Assembly (NCBI GenBank): GCA_964035545.1 | Contig: OZ037770.1 | Coordinates: 9,368,973 to 9,432,972 of the forward strand | DNA from: Bugula neritina | Taxonomy: Eukaryota; Animalia; Bryozoa | DNA length: 64,000 nucleotides | Direction of reading: 5' to 3' | Shown here: piece after piece, positions 17,476 through 64,000 of the stretch | Layout: each line of letters begins with the position of its first letter | Numbering within the stretch: position 1 is the first letter of the stretch | Notes under the pieces: generated by a model | The model's database searches: none | Told to the model about the DNA's origin: nothing | What the model saw: only the letters and a program-made list of their open reading frames with translations | Program-made: the position numbers and the translations under genes

Positions 17476-18971
17476 ACAGCATCTGTGTAGAGTTAGCAGC
17501 TTATGATTGTGTGAATATGTTCACCTCTGTACAAATGCCAGTTAATAAAGTGCTGGAGATCAGAGCAGCACTTGGGACATTTTAACTAGCTTTGCATTCG
17601 TGTCATATTTTATCTGTGAACACTATTAAAAGAAATTTGAGAGATACAGCATTCAAACCATATAACCCTGTATCATACACAGTCCTAGTCAGAGGCAGCC
17701 GGTAGTAGTGGGGTGCTTGGTTTGAGTGTGTGTGGGGCCGGTGAAGTGAGTGTGGGAAAATGGGGAAGAGCAGTTTGTGCATGTCCTCTAGTGCGTTTAG
17801 GCAGTCATAGCTGCGCAGCTACCCAGAGCGCAAAAATTGTCACCTTTACGAAGGAGAATATGCACTTAATCAGAGAAATGCGCACACCAAGTGGTACCAC
17901 GAAAAAAGTTGCTTAAGAGCAGGAGATGGAAGAGGTAAGCAAAAATTGTCTTGGTTGGAAAAAAGTATAAGTTAGTCAACTCAGCCAATGAGCTTTAGGT
18001 CCATTATAGTCACCAGCTGCTTCCATTTTAAATTGCAAAGCTCTTGTGTGTGCCTCAGAGGGTACAAATTTTATAGGATTTTATAGGAATTTAGCTGCTG
18101 ATACATATGATTTTTGCACTAAACCAATAAAATATTTATAAATACAACTAAATAATTAAGTTTATCAACAACTCTGCTTCATTTCATGTTTCGTCTAATT
18201 TTTCAGTAAGAAACTAAAATATACATTACGGTTTTTTCATAACGCTCAGTTAATAACTATCAAAAACGCTAATTCATACGACTGAGAACTTTAATTTACG
18301 TTATAAGTTATTAAATATTTTATTATTTCAAATAAAACACAAACTACTAAATCTCTTGCACCTGATAGCTAAACATAATCCAAATAGCTTTCGGAAATAG
18401 TTGATGGATTCTATAAGCGCGGCCCTCGATTGTTTAGATTTTCCCCGGAAACGAGACATAAAAAATATAGTTCAATATTGGAGCCTAACTAGTTTTTCAC
18501 CTAAAACATGACATGAATTGCTAAACCCCCGAGTTACTTGGCTGACTATCATGTTGGGTGCCTGACTGAACCCCGCTCCTCGAATCATTCACTCCAACCG
18601 AGTACGAATTCGGGCTGTCATCTCGGGCCGGCCATAAATACACTAACTATTCAAGAAATTCAAGACCGAAATTCAGGGGTAGCCCGACGTCTGGAGTTGT
18701 CTAATTTAACTGACCACTTGACCGGTCACGTGACCGGCAATCCCACGAGTTTTAAAATTGAAATTCAAAACTCGGCCATTTTCACTTCAACTCTAGACGA
18801 AGAAGCACGTTTTCTCGAACTAAAATCAGAAAACTTAGCAGATATGGAGCCTATAAGGATTGAACAAGCTCAAATCACTACACGATCAGGTATTTCTAGC
18901 ATACTAAAACCTCCTTTCACGGAGTACAGTAGCTCGTTCGACTCATTTTCACCCATCAGTGGGAAAATGAG

Positions 18972-20056
18972 TTGTTCTTTGACAACAAAGGTCAGGGCGA
19001 TTCAGAAGAGTCCCCAGTCCATGACTACCTGCTAGACCAGGAGATTGGACGGGTGTCTTTTCGGCTATCACCTGACCTACCCCTTTGTCACAGAATACCT
19101 TACAAGGAGATGCTGAATTTCGGCAGTCATAAATCCAGGTCACCAAGGCCTCTACTTTCTGTTACAGAGGCCATGGAATGCGAGGAGGTCGGGGCGAGTC
19201 GTACCGACTCCCCGGCCGCAGTGACTCCTGACCCAGCTGCTAATAGCCTACCAGAGCCGGAGCCAGTGTCGGAGCCTGCACCCACCACTCAGCCAGAGAC
19301 AAATGTCTCCCCTCCAGTCGACGGTTCCCCGTCCGGCGAGGGTTCTCAGATGAAGGATGAGCCCATGTACCAGCAACTGGCTCTCCCCCAGGTCTTGACG
19401 GAGCGACCCCACTGGACCACGGAGGAAACCTGTGCCAAAGTAGAGAAAGATTGTGGCGAGGCCGGCAACCGCAAGTGCCGCCAATGTAGTAGGAAGTTTA
19501 CTACTACCAGGCGACTGCGGGTGCATGTGCCGCAACACTACACCAACGTTTTCTGCCCGTGGGGCGAATTCTCTTTTCAGAGAGATTATGTATTGCGTCA
19601 CCAGCGCATAGCCCGCTGCCACACGGGTCAGATATTTGTGGTTGACGAGGCAACATTCCCCGAGTTCCGGGATTTGATCCTCCCCCACATCTGTGACCCC
19701 CACAAACGGGCGACACTCATCCAGGGGTTCCCGGCATGCTGCCCAACGCAGGAAACCACGGACGAGGAGGCACCACCAACAGCCCGGCCAGCTGTCAACC
19801 GTTCCTCCGGGTTGTGTTGGCTCGGGTCGACGGAAATGGAGAAAAGACCCCACAGATAGCCGGCCACAAAAGGAAGCGGCGCCAGGACTCCAGAGCCCCA
19901 GTTCCCACTCCAGCCCCGGCAGAGCAGACACGATGTCCCCATGAGGCTGAGGTTTTCCGGCTCCGACGCCAGCTGCGCCGGCTGGATGACGATCTACACT
20001 CTGTCCGCCGCCGTCTAGACAAACTGGAAGACCGCAGAAGCAGCCGCCGCAATTAA
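18972..20056 (+). pseudogene. Gypsy accessory ORF (Pro/acidic region, tandem C2H2-type fingers, coiled coil), frameshift near 19795
   Basis: CRQCSRKFTTTRRLRVHVPQH-YTNVFCPWGEFSFQRDYVLRHQRIARCH. Continues in the 19736-20056 frame: LRVVLARVD...CPHEAEVFRLRRQLRRLDDDLHSVRRRLDKLE. Confidence 0.8.
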
Positions 20057-20234
20057 GGTGTAGCTAACGACAATCACCCAGCTCAATCTATATCCTCTTG
20101 TTCCGGTTGTATATTTTTTTATGTATATGTAGCTAGTTATCTACCCCCAAGATATTGTTTTTTTTTATATATATAATAGTTTTTTTTCTTTTTTTATATA
20201 TATCGGAAAGCGGTACTTTCCGATAAGGGGTGAG

Positions 20235-20654
20235 TGTAATAGATTTGCTCAATTATATTATATTCTTTTCCTGCATTGTGATAAGTAGAGTTATGTTCCC
20301 TCGCCACTTGTTTTTCTTTTAATAATAATAATTATATGTGAGCCGAAACTCGTGCGAAGTCGGAGGCCGAAGACACGAGGTCGGAGGGGCCTGTCCGAGA
20401 TCGGACAGGATTCCCTCCGATGTCGGTCGGCGGAACTCCGAGCTTTGTATGAGTTTCAGACCCTCATTAGTGGCGGGAATTGTCACCATATATAAGTGCG
20501 AGTTTTTCGAATCTAAATCAGTACTGCACTGGAGCTGATACATGAAGGAATCAATAAAGACTATTAATTACAGTTTAACAAGACTCTTTATTTCATCATA
20601 ATAATTGGCATGCAGACTACTTAGTCTATTCTCATAACCCGCAAAACTACAACA
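20235..20654 (+). repeat. LTR of Gypsy element 2
   Basis: TG...CA ends, TATATAAG, ACTGGAGCT, AATAAAG, and the end motif AACCCGCAAAACTACAACA. Confidence 0.8.
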
Positions 20655-23600
20655 TTATGTCTTTGAGTATTTAATACTAGAAAACAATAAATTAAACATT
20701 AAATTAAAAAAAAAACTAAGTTACTCTTCACCACCATCATTCTCACCATGATGGCGATGATCAGAAGGACTTTCCCTATGATGATCATGTTGCTGAAAAG
20801 ATGATTGTCATCATGATTTATTTATATTCTTATTAGTATTACTATTAGTATTAGGCTATTATTAAATTAATACAGTGCTCAGATATACTGTTAGTTAGTC
20901 ATAGTGTAACTTACTAGTATAACTAAAACTATAACTACAAGTTATACTGTATAAATACTACTAGTAGCAGTACTAGTGAGTACTACTACTAGTAGTAGTA
21001 CTATTACTATTAGTATTACTCTATCAGTATTACTATAACTATTAGCAACACTAACTCTAAGCCTTATTTGAAGTTCAATCACAATGCAACTGCTACATTA
21101 TTATCATGATTATCATACTCATACTGATACTCATGGTGACAACGATAATCATAATCATAATGTTATTAATCACCATCACTGTAAATTTATAATTTATTAA
21201 TTGTGATAATCATAATGATTATCAAAATTATATATAATTTAAAATAATAATAATTATAATATAACACATTTTATATTCATATTGAAATGTTATTCAAACA
21301 GATGAACACTAGCAGTAACTCAGTAATCATTACCCATGAGCGCCATGGCCATAGTGATAGTCATTATCATAGAGTATCATAGTGATTATCATTATGATTA
21401 ATATTTATATTATATGATTCTGATAGACATTTTTATTTTGGTTTTGATTTACAACCGCCACAACGATTTAGATTGAATTTAAGTAAGACTTGGAAAAGCA
21501 TAATGATAATACATAATATTTTTTGTTGGCGTTGAAAATTCATTAAAAATCATGAAAATAGAGTATGCTTGCATTTTGCAGCAGCATCTAATACACAAAT
21601 AAATTGAAGAACTTGCGGCTGCACGTGCCCCGGCAGTCTACTTTAAAAGAGCACCAAATTGGGGGTGAATTAGTGCAGTACTTTTTTCCGTATAATCTTC
21701 AAACTCGAGACCCTGATCAAAGCACCTAATGACCACTAACTTGGTGCTACTTCTAGCCAATATCAAAGTGTTTTGGAAAGTAAGTAAAAATAAGGAAAGA
21801 AATGTTTTAGGTGTTTTGTCTTTGTAAAAAGAAAACAACTCTCAATAAAGATCTATCAGTACCCTATTCAAGGCTAAGTGACCATCGAGTAAATTTATGG
21901 TCCACCAATTTTCAATCATAGCTCAGTCAAGCATCTGTATAGGAGCTTCAAATTATGTTTGCATGTTAGTAGAGATAGCACCCACATGTTGAAATACTAA
22001 TTTTCAATCAACCATAGTCAGTATGGGCTGTGGGCTTAAGTGGCCCATATCACCCAGGTTTCCCCTAATAACTTATCAGGCATGTTGTGGCACTACAAAA
22101 GTGTTTTTTTTTGCGAATTCATCTTAAAAACTAAAGGAATTTACTTTTAATTTTATTGTGTTTATATCAGAACAATAAAGAAGCATAATAAACGTCTTTT
22201 ATTTCTGGTATGTTAACAATTAAAGCAAATTCATTTATTATAGTGATGTATGGCTATGAGGTCATAAGTAAATTGTGCATGCATATAACATTATGAAATT
22301 GTTTTCCCCTACTTAATCATAAACAAATAAAAATAAATGTGAAAAAAGACTTTACCATAACTAAAACATGATGTAGGAAACAGACTCTCCATGTAGACTA
22401 TTTTTTAACTTCACATATGATGACCAATGGCAGCTGTTGTGTTTTATGTAATCAACAACGCTTGCCTTTGCAGACCCAGTTATCTCCTATGCTGCTAAGC
22501 CATTCTTAAATTAAATTTCACAAATTATATTTAGCAGCTATGTACCACTAATTGTTACTATTTAGTTTTATTTATATTTTCCAATCTCACCTATAATAAT
22601 TTGGTTTTAATTTATGTAGTTTATTGTTTATACCACGTCTTGTAACTGGTTGTGTGTTGCCCACTATAAATATATATATAACTATTAACCCCATTAACTT
22701 CCTACTTATGTTTAGGTGACATATATGTCAGCAGGCATTACTCATCTGCCTAGTGTGCTGACTGTTACATTTGTGGTCAGGTCATTGTGGTTGGGGTGGC
22801 TGACATTCTTGCCCTGCCTCTACCGGGCTAGGTTGGTACCCTGAGGCTGCCCAGTGAGTGTTTGCTATGTTTTGGGACACAATCATTGTGGTAGTTTTTA
22901 GGGACAATAGTTGTTTATGCAATATGTTTTGCCTGGTACAGTAACAATAACCAGAGAATAGATCAATACACTTAACAAACTCAATACAATCAGTTGGCAG
23001 CACTCGTTAACAAAACTATACTTACTATTTTATTAATCTACTGTTTGACAATATTATTTACTGGCATAAGAGGTTGGTTGCTTTTATTCATATTATTATC
23101 TGAATTATTATTTTATAATAAAGTTACTTTTATGGTTTTTGTGAGCATTACTTTAATATTTTTAACCACATTTATATGCATGCAATCATATATATATAAC
23201 TTTTGATTTTCTTATTTAGTTTTTACCAGCAAGTTTGACACCAAGTATAACCTTCAATAAACTTCTGCGTTTAGAAATCCTGGTTTATTCATACGGGGGG
23301 GGGGGGGGGGGGGGCAGTAACGCCACTGAACCACTTCATTTATGCAGCATCAAAATTCTCAGATACATCTTAATTATCACACAGACTGTTTACAGGTTGC
23401 ATGTGTGTTCCAGCAACTTCATAGTAAATGTTCAGTTCGTGCTTATGGATGCATGGAGTTTTCGATCAGCACTGAAGCCGATAGTTTTATCAAACTAATA
23501 ATCATGAATGCTGACTTTCACTGTGTAGTGTTGAGATTAACCAGTAACTGCTGTGTGCAGTAATGGTTATGGTAATAGCAAAGTCGCGGAAGTCTTGAGT

Positions 23601-23846
23601 TTGAATCTCAGTGCATGGAAGCAAAGGTTTTATGCATTGCGTGTTAACATTATAGAGCTGCGAATACACACAGCTTATTTACTGAGCTGGTTTAAAGTGT
23701 GTGTGTCAATAAACCTCCTATGATATGCATTCTTCTAAGTTAAATTTATTGTATGCATCAAGTTGATGAAATACTTTTACTGGCACCTTTATTGATATAT
23801 AGATCATTGCATGTATTGACATCAATGTATCAGAAACTGCAGTAGG

Positions 23847-23878
<32 letters not shown>

Positions 23879-23890
23879 CATAGCAACTGC

Positions 23891-24106
23891 AACTTAGTGT
23901 GTAGCCTATAAGTGTAACTTAGTATGTATAAGTGTAACTTAGTATGTATATAAGTGTAACTTAGTATGTATAAGTGTAACTTAGTGTGTATAAGTGTAAC
24001 TTAGTATGTATAAGTGTAACTTAGTATGTATAAGTGTAACTTAGTATGTATAAGTGTAACTTAGTATGTATATAAGTGTAACTTAGTATGTATAAGTGTA
24101 ACTTAA
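23891..24106. repeat. 20-22 bp minisatellite (TAAGTGTAACTTAGTATGTA)n, about 10 units
   Basis: Directly visible tandem units with no spacers. Confidence 0.95.
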
Positions 24107-24489
24107 TGATATGTAGTTGTTGACAATCAAGATGGAAGACAAACAAATCAGAAACAAATGAGTGCATATATTTGGAATAAATTAGAGTTTACTTACAGCA
24201 GATAAAAATATATCATTTGAATGCTATATAAAATAATAAACATGAATAGTGTTATGAATATGTCATGAATATTTTTAATGGCTAGAATTTTCATACACAA
24301 GAAACTTGTTTAGATATTTAAAACAAATTAACTTAATATTGTCATGATTCTAAAATCTTTATTATTTAAAAAACTAAAGTATTTTTGTTTTATCCGAAAA
24401 AAATAGTCCATGATGATGCAAGTGCTTTTTAATTATTTATTAAAATTGAGGTTTTGCAGTTATATCAGAATTCAAAACTTTCAAATAGT

Positions 24490-26880
24490 TTAATTCCAAC
24501 GCTTATTTTTGTTGTTTGAATTTGGTTTAGTTGTATTATTGCCCTTTTTGTTTTTCACACTCTTTTTAAGGGCACTGCTTTTTAAAGTTGGTTTAATTAC
24601 AATTTTCTTTTTTGGTTGGATATTCATTTTGGTTGCTTGAAGGTATTTGCCTAAATCTTTACCTTTCACTTCAGGTTTTGGATTGATTTTATTACTAGAA
24701 GCTTCCAACATTTTTTTACTGCTAGTATGAGACAACACTTTCTTTATTTCAGAATCTTTTTGTTTTACTTTTAATGTCTCCACAAAGTTATCTACAATTT
24801 CATCACTTTTTATTGGTTCAACTTCTTTTTCAATTTCAGACGGCTTACTTTTCCGGCTGCTGACGGTAGCTATGGTTCTCTCGGATATTTTTATGTCTGC
24901 AGGCAATTCACTAATAGAAGGAGTGGCTATATCTTTAGTATCACCTGCAGACTGTGCAGTTTTCTCACTGGGACTAATCACTCTCAATTCTAGGTGAGAA
25001 GACAATTTCTTAATATTTTTACTTGATGATTTCTGAAATTCTAATTCCTGGTTGTTATTCACAAAATCGTTTGCACTCTTCTCTTTGCTAACCTTTGAAC
25101 TATCAATTGTTTTAGTTTCTGCGTCTCCCATTTGCTTGATACGCTTTTCATTTTTCAAGTCAAAGCGTTCTATTGAAGTCTTCTTTCTTTTACGGATTAG
25201 TCGTAATAAACCAATAAGTAAAACCACAGTCTAAAAAACATACTAATCGGTAAATGTTTTGTATCAATTTAGGCTTTAGTTTATTTCTTTGCTCAAATAA
25301 AACTCAAACAGTAGGCATCGGAGCAGCAGAGTAATCTTAAATCTCACAAACAGATCAGCATGTGCAATTTTAATTAATTCAATGAGTATTTAGGCAAAAT
25401 TTGCTATTTAACAATTGTTACAATGATTTTACAAATTTAACAGCATAAACTTAAAAGGGTAAAATATGAATATATAACTAAATGTATAGGCCTACTACAT
25501 AATTCATATTTATATTAAGGTAGTATTAATAAATGTTTGACTTTAAGCCTGATTATCAGTAGACGCATATGGATCGTGATCATGATCATAAAACATGTCT
25601 TGTATTTACAGTTAGGTATACATTTCGAATTAAAATAATTAAACATGCATTCAAACTTTCTATACAAAATCTTTTTATAGATTTTATAACTTTTTTTGGT
25701 AATTGACCTGGCATTTAAGATATATGACAGAGCAGAACTTCAAAAACTTAAGTAACAAACCTACACTTATTAAAAAAAAGCTCGTCAGGAGATTAGTGGT
25801 GCGGTAATCTTCTTTCTACCTTAGTATATTACTGTTTTTAACAAGCATGATGATTTTATGTAAGAGTTTTTTATTTCATTGAACTCCTAATATTACCTAT
25901 ATAAAAAACTATCGCAAGTTTTTACTCGTTATTCCTGTGAGAAACCCCTGATGGAAAGGGTTTTTGTTAAAGCGGGCTAAGGAATTATTTAAATGAGGCA
26001 CAGGAGCAATTGTGACTGGATGCTATTCCTAACATTACTGACGGCTGTTGTCCGGGCTTAAACCCATGACCTCGTGTTTACTAGGCAAACGCTGTAACCC
26101 TTAGACCACGGCTGCTCCATTACCATTACCTAATATGTGTCTCTGCTATAATATTTCATCAACAATTGTGCTACTCACATACAAGCTTTACCATTTTATT
26201 ATTATATGTACGTAATATGTATGCAGTTTATATTATTCTAGTTTTTACAATTAAGAAGAATATTATTAATAAGTGCAAGAGATTATTAAACAACCTCCTT
26301 TAATTCCATATTGCCAAAACGGTTTGTTTATGAGACCTTGCTCAGCCTCTACAGATTCATTTCACCAATAGACTATTGATGTCTTGTAAAATACATACAG
26401 ATTAGAGCATAAAAAATTATTTTTGTGTAAAATATTTTTATGCCAAATTTGAAGATGATATTAATCTTTTTATAAAACAGATATATAAGTGGGAAACTCA
26501 CCATAATAGCTAAGGCAATGGTCACACCTAAGGTAATTATAAGGCTATTACTAAACAGCAAAGGTTTGCTAGTGGAAGTGAAGGCTTTGGCATTCTCAGT
26601 AGCATCATCTCTATTGCTGACTACTCCACCAGGATTCTGTGTAGATGTTGTGAGGTCAGTTAATAGACCTGTGGTAGTTGTAATTTCTGAATGGCTAGAT
26701 TGAAAATTTGTCTTAGCATTTGCTGCAACACTTTGATTGAGAGCTACTGAATTATTACTTGATGCATCTGTGCTGTTTGTCTGATTCATTGGTAAAGTAA
26801 TTTGGGTTTCTGGTATATAGTATAAAGTGCTACTTTTAGATGAATTAGAATCGCTCTGTCCAACAATAAAGTCATGAGTT
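24490..26880 (-). CDS. Second stalk-TM-cytoplasmic tail cassette (paralogous to the last two exons of the receptor gene): alternative 3' end or separate short gene
   Basis: Exons 26502-26880 (S/T-rich stalk + SLIITLGVTIALAIM) and 24490-25230 (TVVLLIGLL-RLIRKRKK + Lys-rich tail), joined by a phase-0 intron inside the TM, exactly as at 30831/29888. The tail is homologous (LELRVISPS...AGDTK vs LDLKVVSPS...AGDTK). Confidence 0.75.
25917..26117 (-). mobile_element. tRNA-Thr(AGT)-derived SINE
   Basis: Head GCAGCCGTGGTCTAAGGGTTACAGCGTTTGCCTAGTAAACACGAGGTCATGGGTTT resembles tRNA-Thr. The ~130-bp body is shared with three other copies. Confidence 0.8.
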
Positions 26881-28330
26881 CTGAAAATAAACCACATGGA
26901 ACTTATGCAAAATTTTAATCTTTTTACTGCCACAAAAGTTTGTGAAGGTTTGAAAATTGCAAATATAGTCATTTTAACTTCCAAGCTAAAACCAAACTTC
27001 TAAAATAAAATTACATTGAAGCTTTCAAAATTGTTACATTCAAACATCATGTATAGGATTAAATTTTATTTTGAAGCTACAACTGATATACTTTTACCTA
27101 TCGATTATACAGCCATTTTTACAGTTCACCTATAATATTAAATAGTACAAAACATTTTTTGCAAAGTACATTATTTTGGATGTATGGCATGTTTTTACTT
27201 TTTTTACCATCTAACCAAGTTACATGTCCTATACACCGATAACATATATTAGTCAAAAAACTACAATGTTTGCTATTGAAAAGAAAATGACACAGATCAC
27301 TTTTTTCTATATAATATAACCCATTTTAAATTAATTTCAACAAGTGTTATTACCTCTTAAGCTGCTACATTTAGTGGATCTCACAGGGAAACACAAGGAA
27401 AAACAGAAAATTTTTCAACTTTAGATTACAGCACATCATTAATTGCTCAAAAAATAATTAATTAATCAACATAATGCTAACAGTTCAAATTTAAGAATCG
27501 AACTACAACAATGCAATGTTGGCATTTTTTTAAAAAAATATAGTGAAATGTTTCATGGTGCGTCTTGAAATATAAACTCAGAATTTATGTTTTATGTAGA
27601 GCTTAGAATATATGATGTAATTGATACTGGCATAAAGTTGTTTTCTTGAAATAAACTAAATTATTCATTAATGTAGCCAGTTATTAAATTATTAAGAATA
27701 CTTTCTCTGCAGTAATTGTTTTATCAACCAACATCTAAAACTCAACATTAAAAAAACTATAAATCGTTTTTTACCAAGGCTAATTATATGTACATTTAAA
27801 GTCCTTCAATTTTTTTCCTTCTGAAGATAATTATAAGGAAACTTATATCAATGCATTTATCAACAGGGTTTGACTTAACCAAAACCATGTCATGGCATGC
27901 CATATACTGCATATTGTAAAATATGGCATAAATTCTACTTATTTATATGAAGATGCTTAATAGTGCAATCGAAGCTCTACTAAAATACTTACTTTTGAAG
28001 TTTGTCTCCAAAAAATCCATTCACTATTATATAGCATGGTAATTTCTTGTTTTCTATTAGTACTATTAGTACTATTAGTACTATTAGTACTTTCTATTTC
28101 TATTATATTTCCCTAATTTATCTGTTTTATGAGATAAGCATGCATTATAAGTTGAATAGCTAAAACTCACACAGGTTTGATACAATATGTGGCCACATAT
28201 CATCCCGCCTCAAACTATTTATATTCTGTTCTGTGCTGACCAACGGTCAAATCCTGAAACAGCTGCTGTACACGCATAATATTGGTTTACAGTAAAGCTC
28301 TCACTCTATGCCCGGCAGGTCTACAGGTAC

Positions 28331-28510
28331 GGGCATTTGCCTAGTAAGCATAAGGTCATGGGTTCAAACCACGACAAAGGCCGTTGGTGATGATAGGAAG
28401 AGCATCCAGCCATAATTGCTCCTATGCCTCATTTAAATAAGTCCTTAGCCTGCTTTTACAAAAACTCTTTCTATCAAGGGTTTCTCACAGGGATGGTGAC
28501 TATAAACTTC
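28331..28510 (+). mobile_element. tRNA-Thr-derived SINE
   Basis: Same family as 25917-26117. Confidence 0.75.
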
Positions 28511-29162
28511 CTGAGCTTTTACTATACCCAGCAAAAACATTTAGTAATTGAGATCTCTAAACATGGTCATAATCTTAAACTGCTAGAAGCAATATTCGAG
28601 GCTTGTGACTCCTAGAATTACTTGAGCTCCCTGGCTTGAGTTTACACACCTTTGGGAAATAATTTAGTATTATAATGTTGTTGGCCTTAGTACCTTGTTC
28701 TGTGCTGACGGGGAGATAACTCTTTGTAACAAGTAACTGCTGTTTAGTTTAAAAGCTGCAGATAAATATAGTTGTTGACAATTGTTCTACAAGCCAAATA
28801 AGTCAAACTCATTTTTAAAACAGTTATATGACTAAGAAAGAATACTAAAAGATTGTCTATAATATACAAATATATATATATTTAAACAGTGTAATACCTA
28901 TAGGAATTATCAATTATTTCAATAATTAAAGTAAATGTCGCATGTACACAGAAGCTTTAAATTCTGATTCTTATAAAATATTCGTGCTTTGGACTTTTAT
29001 AATTTTTTTAGAAGCTATTATATTTTTTAATAATTATATTTGTCCATGTCACTCGAAAAAGTCCTTGCAAAGTCTATGATCATATGATGTTCTTTAATTA
29101 CCTAATATAGAAAGCCTTTGATTATGCAGTTACCTATAATGAGGATTAAAAACTCTGTAAAA

Positions 29163-54909
<25,747 letters not shown>

Positions 54910-56040
54910 GTCTGATATCAAAAGCTTACAGCATAGTTTTAATCAAATATTGTGCAAACATAAAGGCCAACAGTTGAAATCTAAAAATTATATCAAGAAC
55001 AACAATGATATTTTTGCATTGTTTGCAAATGTTAGTGATAAAACCTTTTTGTTCTCAAAAATGCCCATCTTATATAAACTCCTCATTTTTGTATTTTATG
55101 TTACAGATTATCATAAAAACATCTTATAAAAAATAAGATATATAATGCCATTAATCTAAAAAAACAAACATACTTTTTTAATTTTAGTTAGGCATTTCAT
55201 GTTTACACTTTATTTAACCAGCACATACATATTTGTAACCAAACTTTAAAAACAAATAAATTAGTGTTAAGATAATACTTTGCATCCTTTTTTTCCAATA
55301 AAATTTGTTGCTCATAATGATCACACACACGCACGCACGCACGCACGCCTGCACGCACATACATATGTAGACTAATGATAGTAATAGTTGGTATATTTTA
55401 TGTCATGCAAGAATTTAACCAATTCAAATAAATACAACTTGGCTCTATAATATTTGCTAATGTTGTATGCTATTGTTGCATAGCATTCTAGTCTCAGTAG
55501 ATACAAATGATGTTCAGAGTAAACACTTTTGTTCAATACGTTAGTATCTGCAGAAACACACTATAATTTACAATGTAAAAATTACTCAAGTTAGGCAGAC
55601 ATCTGAAACTGGCTTTGCTGTATTTTCAAATTATGAATCCTAAGTCATAGGGCATTGAATTTTTTTTTTGAAGTGGTACATGAAACTATCAACTCAATAG
55701 GTAATAGTTTTGAGTAAATTTTTGTGCGTAAAATATATTGTAGACAGCAAATGCTTTTTAGTAACTAAAAACAATTTTGAATTACATTTTCAAAAAAAAC
55801 AATGTAAAATAATTGACAAAAACATTTATGATAACAACAAAACCTAACTACACTCATCAAAATTTCTGTTTTATCAGTTTTAAAAACTGAACGTAATTAC
55901 GCATGCATAATTATGCTTTTTTGAACACAATGAAATATTGAATTATTTGTATTGACAATGCTTAGAACGTCATTGTTGTAATTTACAAATACAATCCAAG
56001 TGTAAGCTGTTGGTTGCCTCTTAATATACTATTTTTAACT

Positions 56041-63743
<7,703 letters not shown>

Positions 63744-64000
63744 GTATGTAACCTTGTTAAAACATGCTCAACTGCAAACAGAACCGTAATATATTATTTT
63801 AGTGTGATTGCTGCAAACATTGCCGTTACTGTGTAGGAAATTATAATGCTTTGTAACTTGACGTCTGCCTATTGTAATTATCAGTTCTATATTCCAACTA
63901 AAAACTTCTGATACAAGTACTGTATATCCAACAGTTGCACATTTTTTTGGGTTGCAGTTATGACATGAATTAGCAGTTTGTCAATGTTCTATGCATACGC

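Larger units (their letters stand above)
18540..20654 (+). mobile_element. Decayed Ty3/Gypsy element 2 (3' part: possible pol tail, accessory ZF ORF, PPT, LTR)
   Basis: Accessory ORF homologous to element 1. PPT AAGGGGTGAG. LTR TGTAATAG...CTACAACA at 20235-20654. The 5' boundary is uncertain. Confidence 0.8.

Noticed and set aside
20700-21420. His/Asp-rich or Ser/Thr-rich coding potential
   Set aside because: Degenerate ATC/ACT/AAT microsatellite with stops and no splice-consistent ORF.
23891-24106. CRISPR-like repeat array
   Set aside because: The units are contiguous with no unique spacers, there are no cas genes, and the context is eukaryotic. It is a minisatellite.

Overview
AT-rich, intron-containing animal (invertebrate-type) genomic DNA. 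(1) 1-5.4 kb: ALAD/porphobilinogen synthase on the minus strand, 9 coding exons, with its 3' end running off the window. (2) 5.4-24 kb: a transposon graveyard. It holds two decayed Ty3/Gypsy elements that share an accessory C2H2-zinc-finger/coiled-coil ORF and CCGA/TCGG-dyad-rich LTRs, an intron-containing pogo-like transposase, a LINE 3' end, a HECT-ligase pseudogene, MITEs and SINEs. (3) 24.5-64 kb: a head-to-head pair of paralogous EGFR/insulin-receptor-like genes. The complete one (minus strand, 19 exons, about 1440 aa by manual splicing) reads signal peptide - L1 - furin-like Cys-rich region interrupted by two F-type-lectin/galactose-binding-like domains - L2 - furin-like - FN3-like - mucin stalk - TM - Lys-rich tail with no kinase domain. 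A second paralogous stalk-TM-tail cassette follows it. Its introns carry an intact, apparently very young Gypsy element (990-bp LTRs, CAAC TSD), an isolated LTR and a Tc1 element. All exon structures and domain calls were made by eye from splice sites, reading-frame phase and remembered family motifs. No database search was run.
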